64,000 nt of DNA, from contig NC_057719.1 in the NCBI RefSeq assembly GCF_004010195.1, forward strand, positions 58,836,089 through 58,900,088, written 5' to 3'. The notes below the pieces were generated by a model that worked only from the letters and a program-made list of their open reading frames with translations, was not told where the DNA came from and searched no databases. The translations under genes were made by a program, and so were the position numbers. Below, in pieces: positions 24,683 to 37,150 of the stretch (position 1 is the stretch's first letter; the number at the start of each line of letters is the position of its first letter). Origin of the DNA: Chiloscyllium plagiosum. Lineage: Eukaryota.

Positions 24683-25239
24683 GTAAGTAATTAATATAAT
24701 AAAGCTAATAGTACAATCAAGAAAAAGTACCATTGCAATAAATAACAGGCTTTGGTTGCTAACGATAAATGGTTTGTTTATAAACTGAAATATGATAAGA
24801 GGCATAATAATGTTATGGGATAGCATAAATTCGAATATCCTGCTCACCTCTTACAATAACTCTAACAGGTCACTGTTGGAGCCCTTTATCAACTCTCCTT
24901 TGTATTGGGTTTGTATTTTTTCTAAGCATTTTGCTTTTGCCTTGTATGTGTGGAAGAATCTTCATCCACCTCTTACAAATCAAATGCTAGCAAAGGCTTG
25001 AAGTCATGCGTGTGGGGACATTATGCACTGAGAATTCCTACTGCCTTTGTGTGTTCGGCACATTTGTTTTCTCATTGCTGACTAAGACTGACTTGTCATT
25101 GTTTTTTAGGACTCTTTTTTATTCTTTAATGGTATCTGGGAGTTGCTAGCTAGACAATATTTGTTGCCCATCTCCAATTCATCTTAAGGTGTTGATTACT
25201 TGTTTTCTTGAACAAAAGCAATCGACCTGGTATAGGTAG

Positions 25240-26410
25240 ACCAAGGAGAGCCAATGGGTGATATCTATCTGGACTTAAAGAAGGCCTTTGACAAAGTGCC
25301 GCACAGGAGGCTACTGAGTAAGATAATGTTCCATGGTGTTAGAGGCAAGGTGCTAGCATGGATGCTTGGCTGGCTGGCAAAAAAGCACAGACTGGGGATA
25401 AAGTGGTCTTTCTTGGGATACCAGCTGGTGACAAGTGATGTTCTGCAAGGCTCAGTGTTGGGACCACAACTTTTCACTTTATACTTTAAAGACCTAGATG
25501 AAGGAACTGAGGGCATTCTGACTAAGTTTACAGATGATACAATGATAGGTAGAGGGACAGGTAGCATTGAGAAGGCAGGGAGGCTGCAGAAGGATTTGGA
25601 CAAGTTAGGAGAGTGGGCAAAGAAGTGACAGATGGGGTACAAAATGTGAGGCCATGCTCTTTGGTAGGAAGAATAAAGTATACACCATTTTCTAAATGGG
25701 AAGAAAATTCAGAAGTCTGAAGCGCAAAGAGACTTGGAAGTTCTAGTCTAGGATTCTCTCAAGGTAAACTTGCAGGTTGAGTCAGTAATTAGGACAGCAA
25801 ATGCATTTATATTGACAGGACTTGAATATAAAAGCAGGGATGTACTTCTGAGGTTCTATAAAGCTCTGGTCAGACCACATTTGGAGTATTGTGTGCAGTT
25901 TTGGGCCCCATATCGCAGGAAGGATGTACTGGTTCTGGAGCGTATTTAGAGGAGGTTCATGAGAATGGTCCCAGAAATGAAAAGCTTACGTTATGAGGAA
26001 CGTTTGAGGACTCTGGTTCTATACTCAATGGAGTTTAGAAGGATGAGGGGGGATCTAATTGAAACGTACATAATACTGGGTGGATGTTGGGAAAATGTTT
26101 CCATTGGTCGGAGAGACTAGGACTGGAGGGCACAGCCTTAGAGTAAAGGGAAGAACTTTTAGAACAGAGATAAGGAGAAAGTTCTAAAGCCAGAAGTGGT
26201 GAATCTAAGGAATTCGTTGCCATAGAGGGCTGTGGAGACTAGGTCATTGAGTGTATTTAAGACTGAGATAGATAAGTTCTTGATTGTCAAGGGGATCAAG
26301 GGTTATAGGGAGAAAGCGGGGAATGGGGTTGAGAAATGTATCAGCCATGATTGAATGGTGGAGCAGACTCAATGAGCTGAATAGTCTAACTTCTGCTCCT
26401 TTGTCTTACC
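25240..26410 (+). mobile_element. CR1 LINE RT + 3' end, inserted into a minus-strand LINE tail (25110-25235, 26415-26640)
   Basis: YLDLKKAFDKVPH, QGSVLGPQLF, KFTDD motifs (ORF 25254..25628). Confidence 0.9.
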
Positions 26411-27013
26411 ATTTTACAGTGCTGTTATTGAAGGAATAACAATTTGCTTCCAAGTCAGGGTTCTGTCTGGCTTGGATAGAACTTGTGGGTGACGATGCTT
26501 CCATGCATCTGCTGCATTTCTCCTTCAAAGGTGGTTGAAGTTATGAGTTTGGAAATTTCTGTTGAAGGAGCCTCAGTGAGTTGCTGCAGTGCATGTTGTG
26601 TATAATACACATTGTCCCACTTTGTGTCAGTGGTGAAATATTTGAAGCCACTATATCTTGCTATTTACTTGGTCAACATTGAAGACCTTCAATGTAATGT
26701 TGGGCTGAATGAGAGCTGAAGGGAAGCTGACCAAGGCAGCATAAAATGAGTCTCATCAGCCTACATGAGGAAATTATATGGAGAGATGCAGGAAAACCTA
26801 TTGGTCAGAGTGGATGAAATCAGCATTGATTTTGCACATCATGTTCCATGCAATCAATTTTCATTCACAGATTCTGATGTTCAACTCAGTAAGAGAAAGA
26901 ATGGTTTCCTTTTTGGTACAGTTTGTATCATTGACAATTGTTGCACGATTAATTTGTTTTAAGTAGTTTTATTTTCATGGAATTGTAATTCATTTTGTAT
27001 TTGCTTTGAACAG

Positions 27014-27127
27014 ATGGAGATTTACAAAGATGCAACAAAGTTGTTTTGGACACCGGCATTTCCTAAGTTTGCTGTTCCTATTTCATGCATGCAAGAAACC
27101 CTGTATCCCCAGTTAAAAGTGGAACTG
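27014..27127 (+). CDS. TTC6: TTC6-like exon F (MEIYKDATKLFWTPAFPKF...LKVEL)
   Basis: gaacag| acceptor, CTG|gtaata donor; 114 nt, phase 0/0. Confidence 0.82.
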
Positions 27128-27249
27128 GTAATAAAATGAAGTTTGCTTTCAAAACTTATATTCTGATTCAAAGAAAATGATGTATATTTGTAGGCTCTAT
27201 GATAAATTATAATCTATAAAAGAACAGTTGATACTATTTAGACAATATA

Positions 27250-29460
27250 TTAATGCTGTTTTGATTTTTTGAGATCAAATTTGGTTCTCTATCTGCCCTG
27301 TTCCTCTCCTGTACACCATCACAATGTCATTTAGTCCATCATGCTTGTGACAGAACTTTGAAAGAACTATCCCAAGAACTCTCCTTTTCTAGTCCCATAG
27401 CATTGCAATCTTATTTCCATTTCAAAATTGAATTAAGTTTTCAAAGTTATTATTGAATTTGCTTCCACCAACTTGGGTAAAAGGAGTTTCCTTCTGTTGC
27501 TTTAGGTTGTTTTGTTAATTATCCTAAACTGTGTGTCCTCTGATTACTGACCCTTTTGAACACTTCAATCAAATTTTCTGTTTACATCAGTCCCTTCATC
27601 CAAGTCAAAAATATACATTGTTACTAGCTGAAGGCAATCTACTGATACTTCTAGCACCCTGCTCTTTGTGAGCTGTCAATTGAATAAATCCCATTACTAT
27701 TTTCTGTACATTAACCAATCCTCAATCCATGCCAAAATATAATTGTCAATCCAATAAATCCACGACCTAAGATCATTCCCATATAACTACTCCACTTTTA
27801 ATTTGCTATGAGCTACTTTATTAAACATGTTTTAACAATGCACTTGATGTGTATGTAGACAATCTGCACGACCTCTCTCATTGTTTCTTGTAAGAACTGA
27901 ATCAAATTAGTCAAACAAACTTTGCTTTTACCATTTCTGTACCACCTTTTATTGATTAACTCTAATATTTATAGCTAACAATTCATTTTGTTTAATACTT
28001 ACTAAAGCTCCCCCACAACCTTATTAAGGCTGTATGTAGTTGCTGGATCCATCACTTTCTCCTTTTTTGAATGTGATGTAGTATTTGTACTGAAACTAGA
28101 AAGTGCTGAATTACTCAGCAGGTGTGGCTGCAATTATGGAGAGAGCAATAGAGCTTACCTTGTAGGCTGTTTCAGATCAATGCCTCTACAACGTCCACTG
28201 TAGTTCCATGAGCAGCTGGGTATGCATCCCTCCTGGACTAGGTGATGTGAGTGTTGTCTTGCCTTAACTTTGACTATCTTTTTATTTTGTGTAGCTTACT
28301 TTAAAAGACTTTTGGATTCTCTTTTATGCTCAGTCTGAATGCTTCCTCATACACTTCCCTTATCCTTTTTGTTTACTTATTCTATTCTCCCTGTTCAGCT
28401 TGGTTCTCACCTGAAATAGGAATTTATCAAACGCTTCCCTTTTCACTTTTAATTTTTATGTCTTTAATAATCCAGGGATGTCTGGCTTGAACGCCTGACC
28501 TTTCCCTTCCTCTTGGCAATGTGTATATTTTGTACATGAATTGGTTCCTCTTTGAAGGTCACCCAGTTGTCATTTGCCAAGATATATTTTCTAATTGTCT
28601 GCTGTGCCTGCATGTTAACCTTCAGTGACTTATTGATGAAGTATCTACCCAGGTTTTCACTTTCTAACCAACAACCATTTAAGAAATACTTTGTATATTA
28701 GTTCTTCTTACCAAAGGTGACAACCTCGCACAATTCCACACATATTCCATCTGCCATGTTCTTATGCATAGATTAAGTCTGAATTCTCTTGAAGGTGCTT
28801 TGTATTTTTTCACAGCACAAATTCAAACTTAGCTTTATGTCATGCATAAACTTGGAGAAATATTACATTTGCTGCCACCTCCAAATCACTAAATCAGTAA
28901 TATACATTGTGAAAAGCTGAGGCCCAAACCAGCCTGCCAATGCGAGATTGCCCAATTTTTTCCTACTCTATGTTTCTTGCCTGTTAGCTAATCCTTAATC
29001 CATATAGGTTTATTACTTCCCATCCCAGGTGCTATGATTGTGCTAAGTAGCATCCGGTGGAGGACCTTATTGAAAACTTTCTGAAAATCCAAAAATATTA
29101 AGACCAGCTTTATCCATTCTGTTAGTAGCACTATCCAAGATGTTCATCAAGCATGATTTCTCATTCAGAAATCCATGCTGACTATGCCCTATCAGAATAT
29201 TATTATCCAAGCTTATATTTATCAATTATTTATCATAAATTTTAACATTTTCCCTACTATGGATGTACGGTAAGCAAGTCTGTAGTTCCTGATTTTCTCC
29301 CACCTTCACTTTATACGTGGTGGGATGATATTTGCTACCTTACAGTCTGCATAAACTGTTCTAGAATCAAAGGATTGATGATCACTGTCTTCACAGGTAC
29401 CTTTATAAACATACTTGCATGCACAATAACAGGTCCTGGGACATAGCAATCTTTAGTCCC
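27250..29460 (-). mobile_element. Old minus-strand CR1 fragments
   Basis: Reverse-complement remnants of DFQKVFNKV and QHGF-type motifs; boundaries approximate. Confidence 0.55.
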
Positions 29461-29479
29461 GCTAATTTCTCAACATGGG

Positions 29480-29640
29480 GTAGGTGATGGCCTAGTTGTA
29501 TTATCACTAGCTTGTTAATCCGTAGACCCAGTTAATGTTCTGAGGATCCAGGTTTGAATCGCACTGTGGCAGATGATGAAATTTGAATTCAATAAAAATC
29601 TAGAATTAAAAGTTGAATGATGACCACAAACCCATTGTCA
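29480..29640 (+). mobile_element. 5' portion of a tRNA-headed SINE (distinct from HE1)
   Basis: A-box-like TGGCCTAGTTG and B-box-like GGTTTGAATC, then GAATTTGAATTCAATAAAAATC. Confidence 0.6.
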
Positions 29641-31188
29641 AAACTGGGGAGAGAATTGGGCCCCTCAAAGATCAGCATAGTGGCCTTTGTGTGGAGCTGC
29701 AGAAAATGGAGAAGATACTAAATGAGTATTTTGCATCAGGATTTACTGTGGAAAAGGATATGGAGGATATAGAATGTAGGGATATAAATGGTGACACCTT
29801 GTAAAATGTCCATAATACAGAGGAGGAAGTGCTGGAAGTCTTGAAATGCATAAAAGTGGATAAATCCACAGGACCCTAGAATTCTGTGGGAAGCTAGAGA
29901 AGTGATTGCTGGGCCTCTTGCTGAGATATTTGTATCATCGATAGTCACAGGTGAGGTGCCGGATGACTGGAGGTTGGCTAACGTGGTGCCACTGTTTAAG
30001 AAGGGNNNNNNNNNNNNNNNNNNNNNNNNNNNNNNNNNNNNNNNNNNNNNNNNNNNNNNNNNNNNNNNNNNNNNNNNNNNNNNNNNNNNNNNNNNNNNNN
30101 NNNNNNNNNNNNNNNNNNNNNNNNNNNNNNNNNNNNNNNNNNNNNNNNNNNNNNNNNNNNNNNNNNNNNNNNNNNNNNNNNNNNNNNNNNNNNNNNNNNN
30201 NNNNNNNNNNNNNNNNNNNNNNNNNNNNNNNNNNNNNNNNNNNNNNNNNNNNNNNNNNNNNNNNNNNNNNNNNNNNNNNNNNNNNNNNNNNNNNNNNNNN
30301 NNNNNNNNNNNNNNNNNNNNNNNNNNNNNNNNNNNNNNNNNNNNNNNNNNNNNNNNNNNNNNNNNNNNNNNNNNNNNNNNNNNNNNNNNNNNNNNNNNNN
30401 NNNNNNNNNNNNNNNNNNNNNNNNNNNNNNNNNNNNNNNNNNNNNNNNNNNNNNNNNNNNNNNNNNNNNNNNNNNNNNNNNNNNNNNNNNNNNNNNNNNN
30501 NNNNNNNNNNNNNNNNNNNNNNNNNNNNNNNNNNNNNNNNNNNNNNNNNNNNNNNNNNNNNNNNNNNNNNNNNNNNNNNNNNNNNNNNNNNNNNNNNNNN
30601 NNNNNNNNNNNNNNNNNNNNNNNNNNNNNNNNNNNNNNNNNNNNNNNNNNNNNNNNNNNNNNNNNNNAGATGTTGTGAAACTTGAAAGGGTTCAGAAAAG
30701 ATTTACAAGGATGTTGCCAGGGTTGGAGGATTTGAGCTATAGGGAGAGGCTGAACAGACTGAGGCTGTTTTCCCTTGAGCGTCAGAGGTTGAGGGGTGAC
30801 CTGAAAGAGGTTTACAAAATTATGAGGGGCATGGATAGGGTAAATAGACAAAGTCTTTTCCCTGGGGTCGGGGAGTCCAGAACTAGAGGGCATAAGTCTA
30901 GGGTGAGAGGGGAAAGATATAAAAGAGAACTAAGGGGCAACTTTTTCACACAGAGGGTGGTACGTGTATGGAATGAGCTGCCAGAGGAAGTGTTGGAGGC
31001 TGGTACAATTGCAACATTTAAAAGGCACTTGGATGGGCATATGAATAGGAAGGGCTTGGAGGGATATGGGCCGGGTGCTGGCAGGTGGGACTAGATTGGG
31101 TTGGGATATGTGTTCGACATGGACAGGTTGGACCGAAGGGTCTGTTTCCGTGCTGTACATCTCTATGACTCTATGACTCTATGACTAC
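29641..31188 (+). mobile_element. Young CR1 LINE ORF2/3' end spanning the assembly gap
   Basis: NEYFAS, DWRLANVVPLFKK, LERVQKRFTRMLPG motifs; (CTCTATGA)n tail. Confidence 0.92.
30006..30668. other. Assembly gap (663 N)
   Basis: Run of N. Confidence 0.99.
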
Positions 31189-31189
31189 A

Positions 31190-32530
31190 TTCAAATGAAT
31201 GTGGCATCGAGGAGCTCTGACAAAATTAGAGTCAATGGGAATCAGGGAGATAATTTTCCACTGGCCAAAGCCATAATGAACCATAATGGTTGTAGTTGTT
31301 AGAGATCGGTTACTACAGCTCCGGGATATTGCTGCTGGAATTTCTTAGGATATAATATCCTCTGCCCAACCATCTCCAGTTACTTCATCAACAACCAAAG
31401 TGGATAAAGAGTGGAGCTGGAAAAAACACTGCAGGATCACGCAGCATCAGAGAAGGGGAGTCAATGTTTCAGGTCAGATCCCATGAAAGTTTCCTGAAGC
31501 ATTGACTACCCTTCTCTTCTGATGCTGCTTGATCCTGCAGTGCTTTTCCCAGCTCCACTCTTTATCCACTCTGACTCATCAGCATCTGCAGTCCTCACTA
31601 TCTCCCCATCAACAACCATCCCATCATAAAGTCAGAAGTGATGATGTTTGTTGATGATCACACAATATTCAGCATCATTTAGTTCTCTAGTTACTGAAGC
31701 AGTCAATGTCCAAATGCATCAAGACTTAGATGATATCCACACCTGGGTTTACAGGTAGTAAGTAAATTTCATGCCTCATAAGTGCCAGCTAATAACCATC
31801 TCTACAAAGAGAGAATCCAACAATTGGTCCTTGACTTTTAGTTACATTACCATCACTGAAACTTCTACTATCAACACCATAGAGGTTACCATTGACCACA
31901 AACTGAACTGGACATGCCATATAAATATTATGGCTACAAGAGTTGGTCAAAGGTAAGGAATCCTGCAGCAAGTAACCCACTTCCTGACTCCCCAAAGCCT
32001 ATCTATCATCGACAAGGCACAAGTTAGGACTGTCATAGGATACTCCCTACTTGCCTAGATGAGTGCATCTTCAACAACACTAAGAAGCCTAAAACCATCA
32101 GGAAAAGGTAGCCCATTTGGTTGGCACCATATTTGCAACCATTCACTTTCTCCATCACGTACTCTCAGGAGCAGCAGTATGCACCATCTACAAGATGGAC
32201 TGCAGAAATTTGTCAAGGCTCCTTTGTCAGTCCCTTCCAAACGCATAACCACCACCATCTAGAATGACAAGGAGAGTAGATGGAACACCATCACCTTCCT
32301 GATCCTCTACAAGCCACTCACCACCCTGATTTGGAAATATATAATTGTTCTATTACTAGCACTGGGTCAAACGCCTGGAACTCCATCCCGAACAGCATTG
32401 TAGATGTAACTATGACAAATAGGTTGCAGTGGCTCAAGAAGGCAGCTCACCACCATTTTCTCAAGGGCAATTAGAGATCAGCAGTAAATGCTGGCCCAGT
32501 CAGCAGCACCCAAATCCCATAAACAAAAAT
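31190..32530 (+). mobile_element. Degenerate CR1/L2-group LINE RT + 3' end (second family)
   Basis: WHRGALTKLESMGI and MFVDD motifs; 3' end shared with 48770-49525. Confidence 0.75.
31398..31606. mobile_element. PLE-derived hairpin element (opposite orientation, tail on the right) nested in a LINE
   Basis: 12 bp TSD catcaacaacca (31386-31397, 31607-31618); inverted arms agtggataaagagtggagctgg / ccagctccactctttatccact. Confidence 0.88.
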
Positions 32531-32836
32531 AATGCAAAATGTTGGAGGTGTGAATATTTTTAAAATTGTGGTACAAAGGAATGTTGTAATTGGAAAACTA
32601 CAATAACAAATAATAAATTATCATTGAAAAGGTATTATTTTAACATCTTAAGTCAACTAGATTATTTTGTTGCAAATAGTCATTATCTATCAACTTAATG
32701 AACATTGCTTCCATACTGTAGTTGCAGTTGAAATTACATGTTGAAGACATTGATTCATGTATCACTAACATTTAACAAATGAAGCTAAGATTTCAGCATA
32801 TAATCCTGTTGAACAATCTTTTTCTCAACATTAAAG

Positions 32837-32938
32837 GATCACACAGCTTTCTGTGACTTTGACAAGGAAATATATCAATTGGATGAAGAGTATGACAGTG
32901 ATGATGAGGAGGAAAGTTTGGAACACAAAGCTGCAATG
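32837..32938 (+). CDS. TTC6: TTC6-like exon G (DHTAFCDF...DEEYDSDDEEESLEHKAAM)
   Basis: ttaaag| acceptor, ATG|gtatga donor; 102 nt, phase 0/0; acidic tract. Confidence 0.75.
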
Positions 32939-33504
32939 GTATGAATCGCAAACAATTTTTTTTCCTTTCAAGTTTGACAAAACAAATCTAAGATCTCTGT
33001 TTCAGGAAGAAACAAGGTTGATATTCCTGACCTTTACATCAAGAGAATTGTTATTTTGGCAGGGCCAGATGTCAGGAAAGAGGATCGAGACTTGTTTAAT
33101 TGGTCTCCCATCATTTTTCACATTGGCTTGAGATTTCAGGGCTTTCCCTATGGCCGGGAAGTAGTAAGACTTGCATCTGATCTTGTGGCTCCGCATCTGT
33201 TTGCAGTTGTCCATTCTCATTGGTGTGATGTAAATAGGTTCAGAGAAGTTTCTCTGGGTTTTCTGTTTCATCTTGGGCATTTTAGTGCAGGAATGCCATG
33301 TGAAGTTTATTATTTTACCCTATTTCTGCATCTCAACTAACTAGAGGATCTGTCGAGGCCCTGGAGCAGTTATGGCCTGGGTCATAATTGGTACATTTTT
33401 GTTCTTTTCTGGCAATGTTTTCAGTTCATGGAGTCTTTCTCATTGTTGCTATTCGTCTGTGATAAGTGTGTGTGATCTTGATCCCACTGAATAGCTGAAA
33501 AGCT

Positions 33505-33790
33505 ATGGGGTAGACCATTTAGGACAGAGATGAGGAGAAACTTCTTCACCCAGAGAGTGATGGCTGTGTGGAATGCTCTGCCCCAGAGGACAGTGGAGGT
33601 CCAGTCTCTGGATTAATTTAAGAAAGAGTTGGATAGAGCTCTCAAGGATAGTGGAATCAAGGGTTATGGAGATAAGGCAGGGAACAGGATACTGATTAAG
33701 GATGATCAGCCATGATCATATTGAATGGTGGTGCAGACTCGAAGGGCAGAATGACCTACTCCTGCATCTATTGTCAATTGTCTATTGTCT
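33505..33790 (+). mobile_element. CR1 LINE 3' end
   Basis: FRTEMRRNFFTQRV..VWNALP and 3'UTR. Confidence 0.85.
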
Positions 33791-34511
33791 AATTATCTTT
33801 CCTATTCCTCATGCTGAAGGTGAGCCTGTGCCCAGCCCTTTGCCCCTCTGCACGCCCACCACACAAGTGCCAGGGAAAAGGTAGGGATCAAGGCTGACTT
33901 TATTTGGATTAAATACTAACCTTGCATTTACCTCTTATAGCATGCTCAGGGCTGGCCTTAGTGGAATTCATATGAAAGTGGGGTCCAAAAATGGGTTGCC
34001 TTTCAGTGTGCATTTTTTTTCTCTTCCAATTTGCTTTGTGAATAGAATTTTGCGGAGGGGGAGGAGTAGGCTGGGTGTGTTTCTGCCTCACTCTCAGCAC
34101 ATATATTCAGCGTCGCATTCTCACCCATTCCTTTCCCTTCCTCATTCTGTCACTCATGGGAAAGTTGTCTGGTCAGCAATGGTCACATCAAATGAAAGAA
34201 TAAAGAAAAAAGAGGAATTTCACTGAAACACAGTGGAATCATCAATGAATATCTCTACTTTTGACATTATGCTCTGGTCATTGATCAATCATCAGAAGAT
34301 GGTTAGGCCTGCCAAGCGAAACCCCTACAGATAGAGCTGTTGTGATGCAGTGGTAGTGTCCCTACCTCTGGACCAGCAAATCTCACTGTTTAAATCCCAC
34401 CCATGCCAGAGATGTGTAATAGTACCTTTGAATAGGTTGACTAAATGAGAAAAAAATGAAACTTCCACAGTGATGTCTACACCTGCAGTGATTGAGTCCC
34501 AAGAGTCGCAA

Positions 34512-34680
34512 GAAGAAAATGAGGACTGCAGAAGCTGGAGATCAGAGTCGAAAGTGTGGTGCTGGAAAAGCACAGCAGGCCAGGCAGCATCCGAGGAAGT
34601 GCTTATGCTTGAACGTCGATTCTCCTGCTCCTTGCTTGCTGCTTGACTTGCTGCGTTTTTCCAGCATCACGCTCTCAACA
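34512..34680. mobile_element. PLE-derived hairpin element, centre deleted
   Basis: 14 bp TSD with 2 mismatches, cccaagagtcgcaa / cccaagagccacaa (34498-34511, 34681-34694). Confidence 0.82.
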
Positions 34681-35296
34681 CCCAAGAGCCACAACCTTCT
34701 TCCTTTGTGTTAGTTATGATTCTAGGCAGTGGAGTGCTTTCCTCCTGATTCCCATTGTCTTCAGGTTTACTGTGGATCCTTGACACTATGAATGTTTACT
34801 TGATGTCAAGGCAGTATTCTCATCTTACTTTCAAACATCTGCTATTAATTTGTATCAAGTCCTGTTCACTGATCACTTCCCTACTACCTTCCCACCTGGC
34901 AATTACTTAATTTGAAAACCCTTTTCCCTTTTACACGTCAAACCTTGGCTCTGTCCTCCACTTCTGTAATCTGCTTTAGTCTTTCTCATTGATATATACA
35001 TCATTCCAATCCTAGCCTCTCTACATCCACAATTTTGATCACACTCTATTAGTGGGATTTCAACTCCCTAGACCTATCTCTGGAATGAAACATCTCTGTC
35101 CTCCTTTACCATATTCCTAAATATCTACATTAACTAAGTTCTTTAGTCCTTCCTTAGCCCTTCTCTGGCTCAATGAGTAAAACATTTTTAAGATTTCGAA
35201 CAGAAAGTGCCTGAGGATATGGTTAGTGACACTACATAAATGTAAGTTATTGTTGTGGCCATTGTAAATAATTGTAAGTGATATGTTTTATTTCAG

Positions 35297-35392
35297 CAAA
35301 GAACACTTTTCAAAAAGCACAAATCATTACCAGATCTACGAGTATTTTCTTTTTATTCTTCCAGTGAGTCATTCACAAACAGTAACTTCCAG
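35297..35392 (+). CDS. TTC6: TTC6-like exon H (QRTLFKKHKSLPDL...NSNFQ)
   Basis: tttcag| acceptor, CAG|gtacat donor; 96 nt, phase 0/0. Confidence 0.72.
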
Positions 35393-36169
35393 GTACATTC
35401 TCCAATTTGCAATGTCTTTGAGTAATTTATAAGCTTAAAGTAGAAATCTCAAGATAACTTACTTGTAAATAATCACCTATTTTGAATTATTTAATGTTCC
35501 AAAACACATTTCTAATGTATGTGTTAACAATGCCTAATCTTTGTTCAGATATTTTACAGATGTTGCTTTTTAGTTCTGGAGATTTAATGTTAATTGTAAG
35601 TACAGGGGAATAAAAGCCCTGGTTCATATCTGAAGGCTGGCAAACATTTAAAATTAAGATCATCACAATTCAGAACATAACTTGTTTACTGGGTAAAGTC
35701 AGAGTAAAGGATTATGAAATGGCAGGTGGTTGTACTTAGTTAAAGAACTTGAGGCATGATATCCATAGTTATTCCAGTGAAATAACAAAGTTCTAAATCT
35801 AGATTCCCTTGATGAAGAAACATTTTGGAATTGTTAATTTGCATTTTAATCCAGAAACAGGTGTTGTGTGTCACATGGGTGGGACTTACTGAGTTTTGTT
35901 TGACCGAATTTCAGTTTTGTTGTGTCAGATTCATGACACCTGGCTTGCAATGATTTTTCTCACGTAATCCATGGCTCTACACCTTATTAACTTTGCATGT
36001 GGTTTCTATGGTGCCCTTCCAATGGAATCCAATAATAGGAGAGAATAAGGTTTTCACGGTTGCTGGGACCTTCCCGTACATGGTGTAGTATGCACACCAT
36101 TTCAGACATTATGAGCCCCTTCACACATGGGTGCTGTATTGTTATCACAGAGAGCAAGTAGAAATGTAT

Positions 36170-37150
36170 GTTAGCTTCCCACTTCACCCTGAGCTGATGG
36201 TGGACGGAGTGATGGAAAACAGGAAACTGCTTTATCCTGCAGCTTGTCAAAGGAGGCCATGTTACCAGATTTGACCAGTATGGATTGAGACTTTGGCCTA
36301 AGTCAGTGCCGTCTTCACAGTAAAGTGTAATGTACTCAAGTGGAGAAAAAAAGGTTAATGATCTTCTGTGCTCTGCAAGGCTACTTTGTCATTCACTGGA
36401 GTCACCACTAACTGTTCCTCCATTCATTTCAATTGTACTTAATCAACCCACCTTTGCATCAGTGCAGAATGAATTGTACTATGATCGGACCAAAACCTGT
36501 GATGGGGTAGGTGGACGGGGTGGATATAGAGCTCTTTGTTTCATATGAAGAGAAAATATTCCAGCTGGCCGAAGAAGAGGACAGCTGCTCATGTGGAGAA
36601 GGAGACACCTCGCTGGGCAACCAAACCAATAAACCTCATTGTGTGGTATTGTGCTGCTCTCCCATTATCACCAGTGCCAACTCATCCTTAACCTACTTAA
36701 GTGTTGATCTCTCTTACACATCTAATTTCCTCTCTTCTCTTCGGCAGACACCTCTATCTTGAAAAGGCCAGCACCAGAGTCCTTTAGCTTCATCTTTTAG
36801 GAGGAAGCTACTGAATCCTCAGAGGATGCACCAGCAAGGCTTTCATTTGTGCACTCCACCAGCTCAGAGACTGACACTTTTGGTGTGTACTCTTTCTGGA
36901 TTAGATTCAGGAGCACAATCTAGTGAGCACATCACTGACACATCTCTGCAGCTGGTTGAGGTAGAAATGCCTCAGGTAGATGACACTCAGAGAGCCAATG
37001 GAGACCAGCTTAGCTCGGGCAGAATATGATCTGTGATTTCTGCCATTCAAGACTTTGTGAAATTGCATAGGTAGGCATAAGATCTGCAGGCAGTTTCATC
37101 AGAAGTAGGTGGTAAACTGGAACAAATGATGGAAAATAATGGTAGCAGTG
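36170..37150 (+). mobile_element. Degenerate Harbinger/PIF Myb/SANT-like gene remnant
   Basis: Broken translation ELMVDGVMENRKLLYP...WIETLA*VSAVFTVK...RKK/VNDLLCSAR, then RTKTCDG and SYEEKIFQLAEEE; boundaries approximate. Confidence 0.55.

Noticed and set aside
29736..30893. Long ORFs of 244-385 aa
   Set aside because: Artefacts of the N gap.
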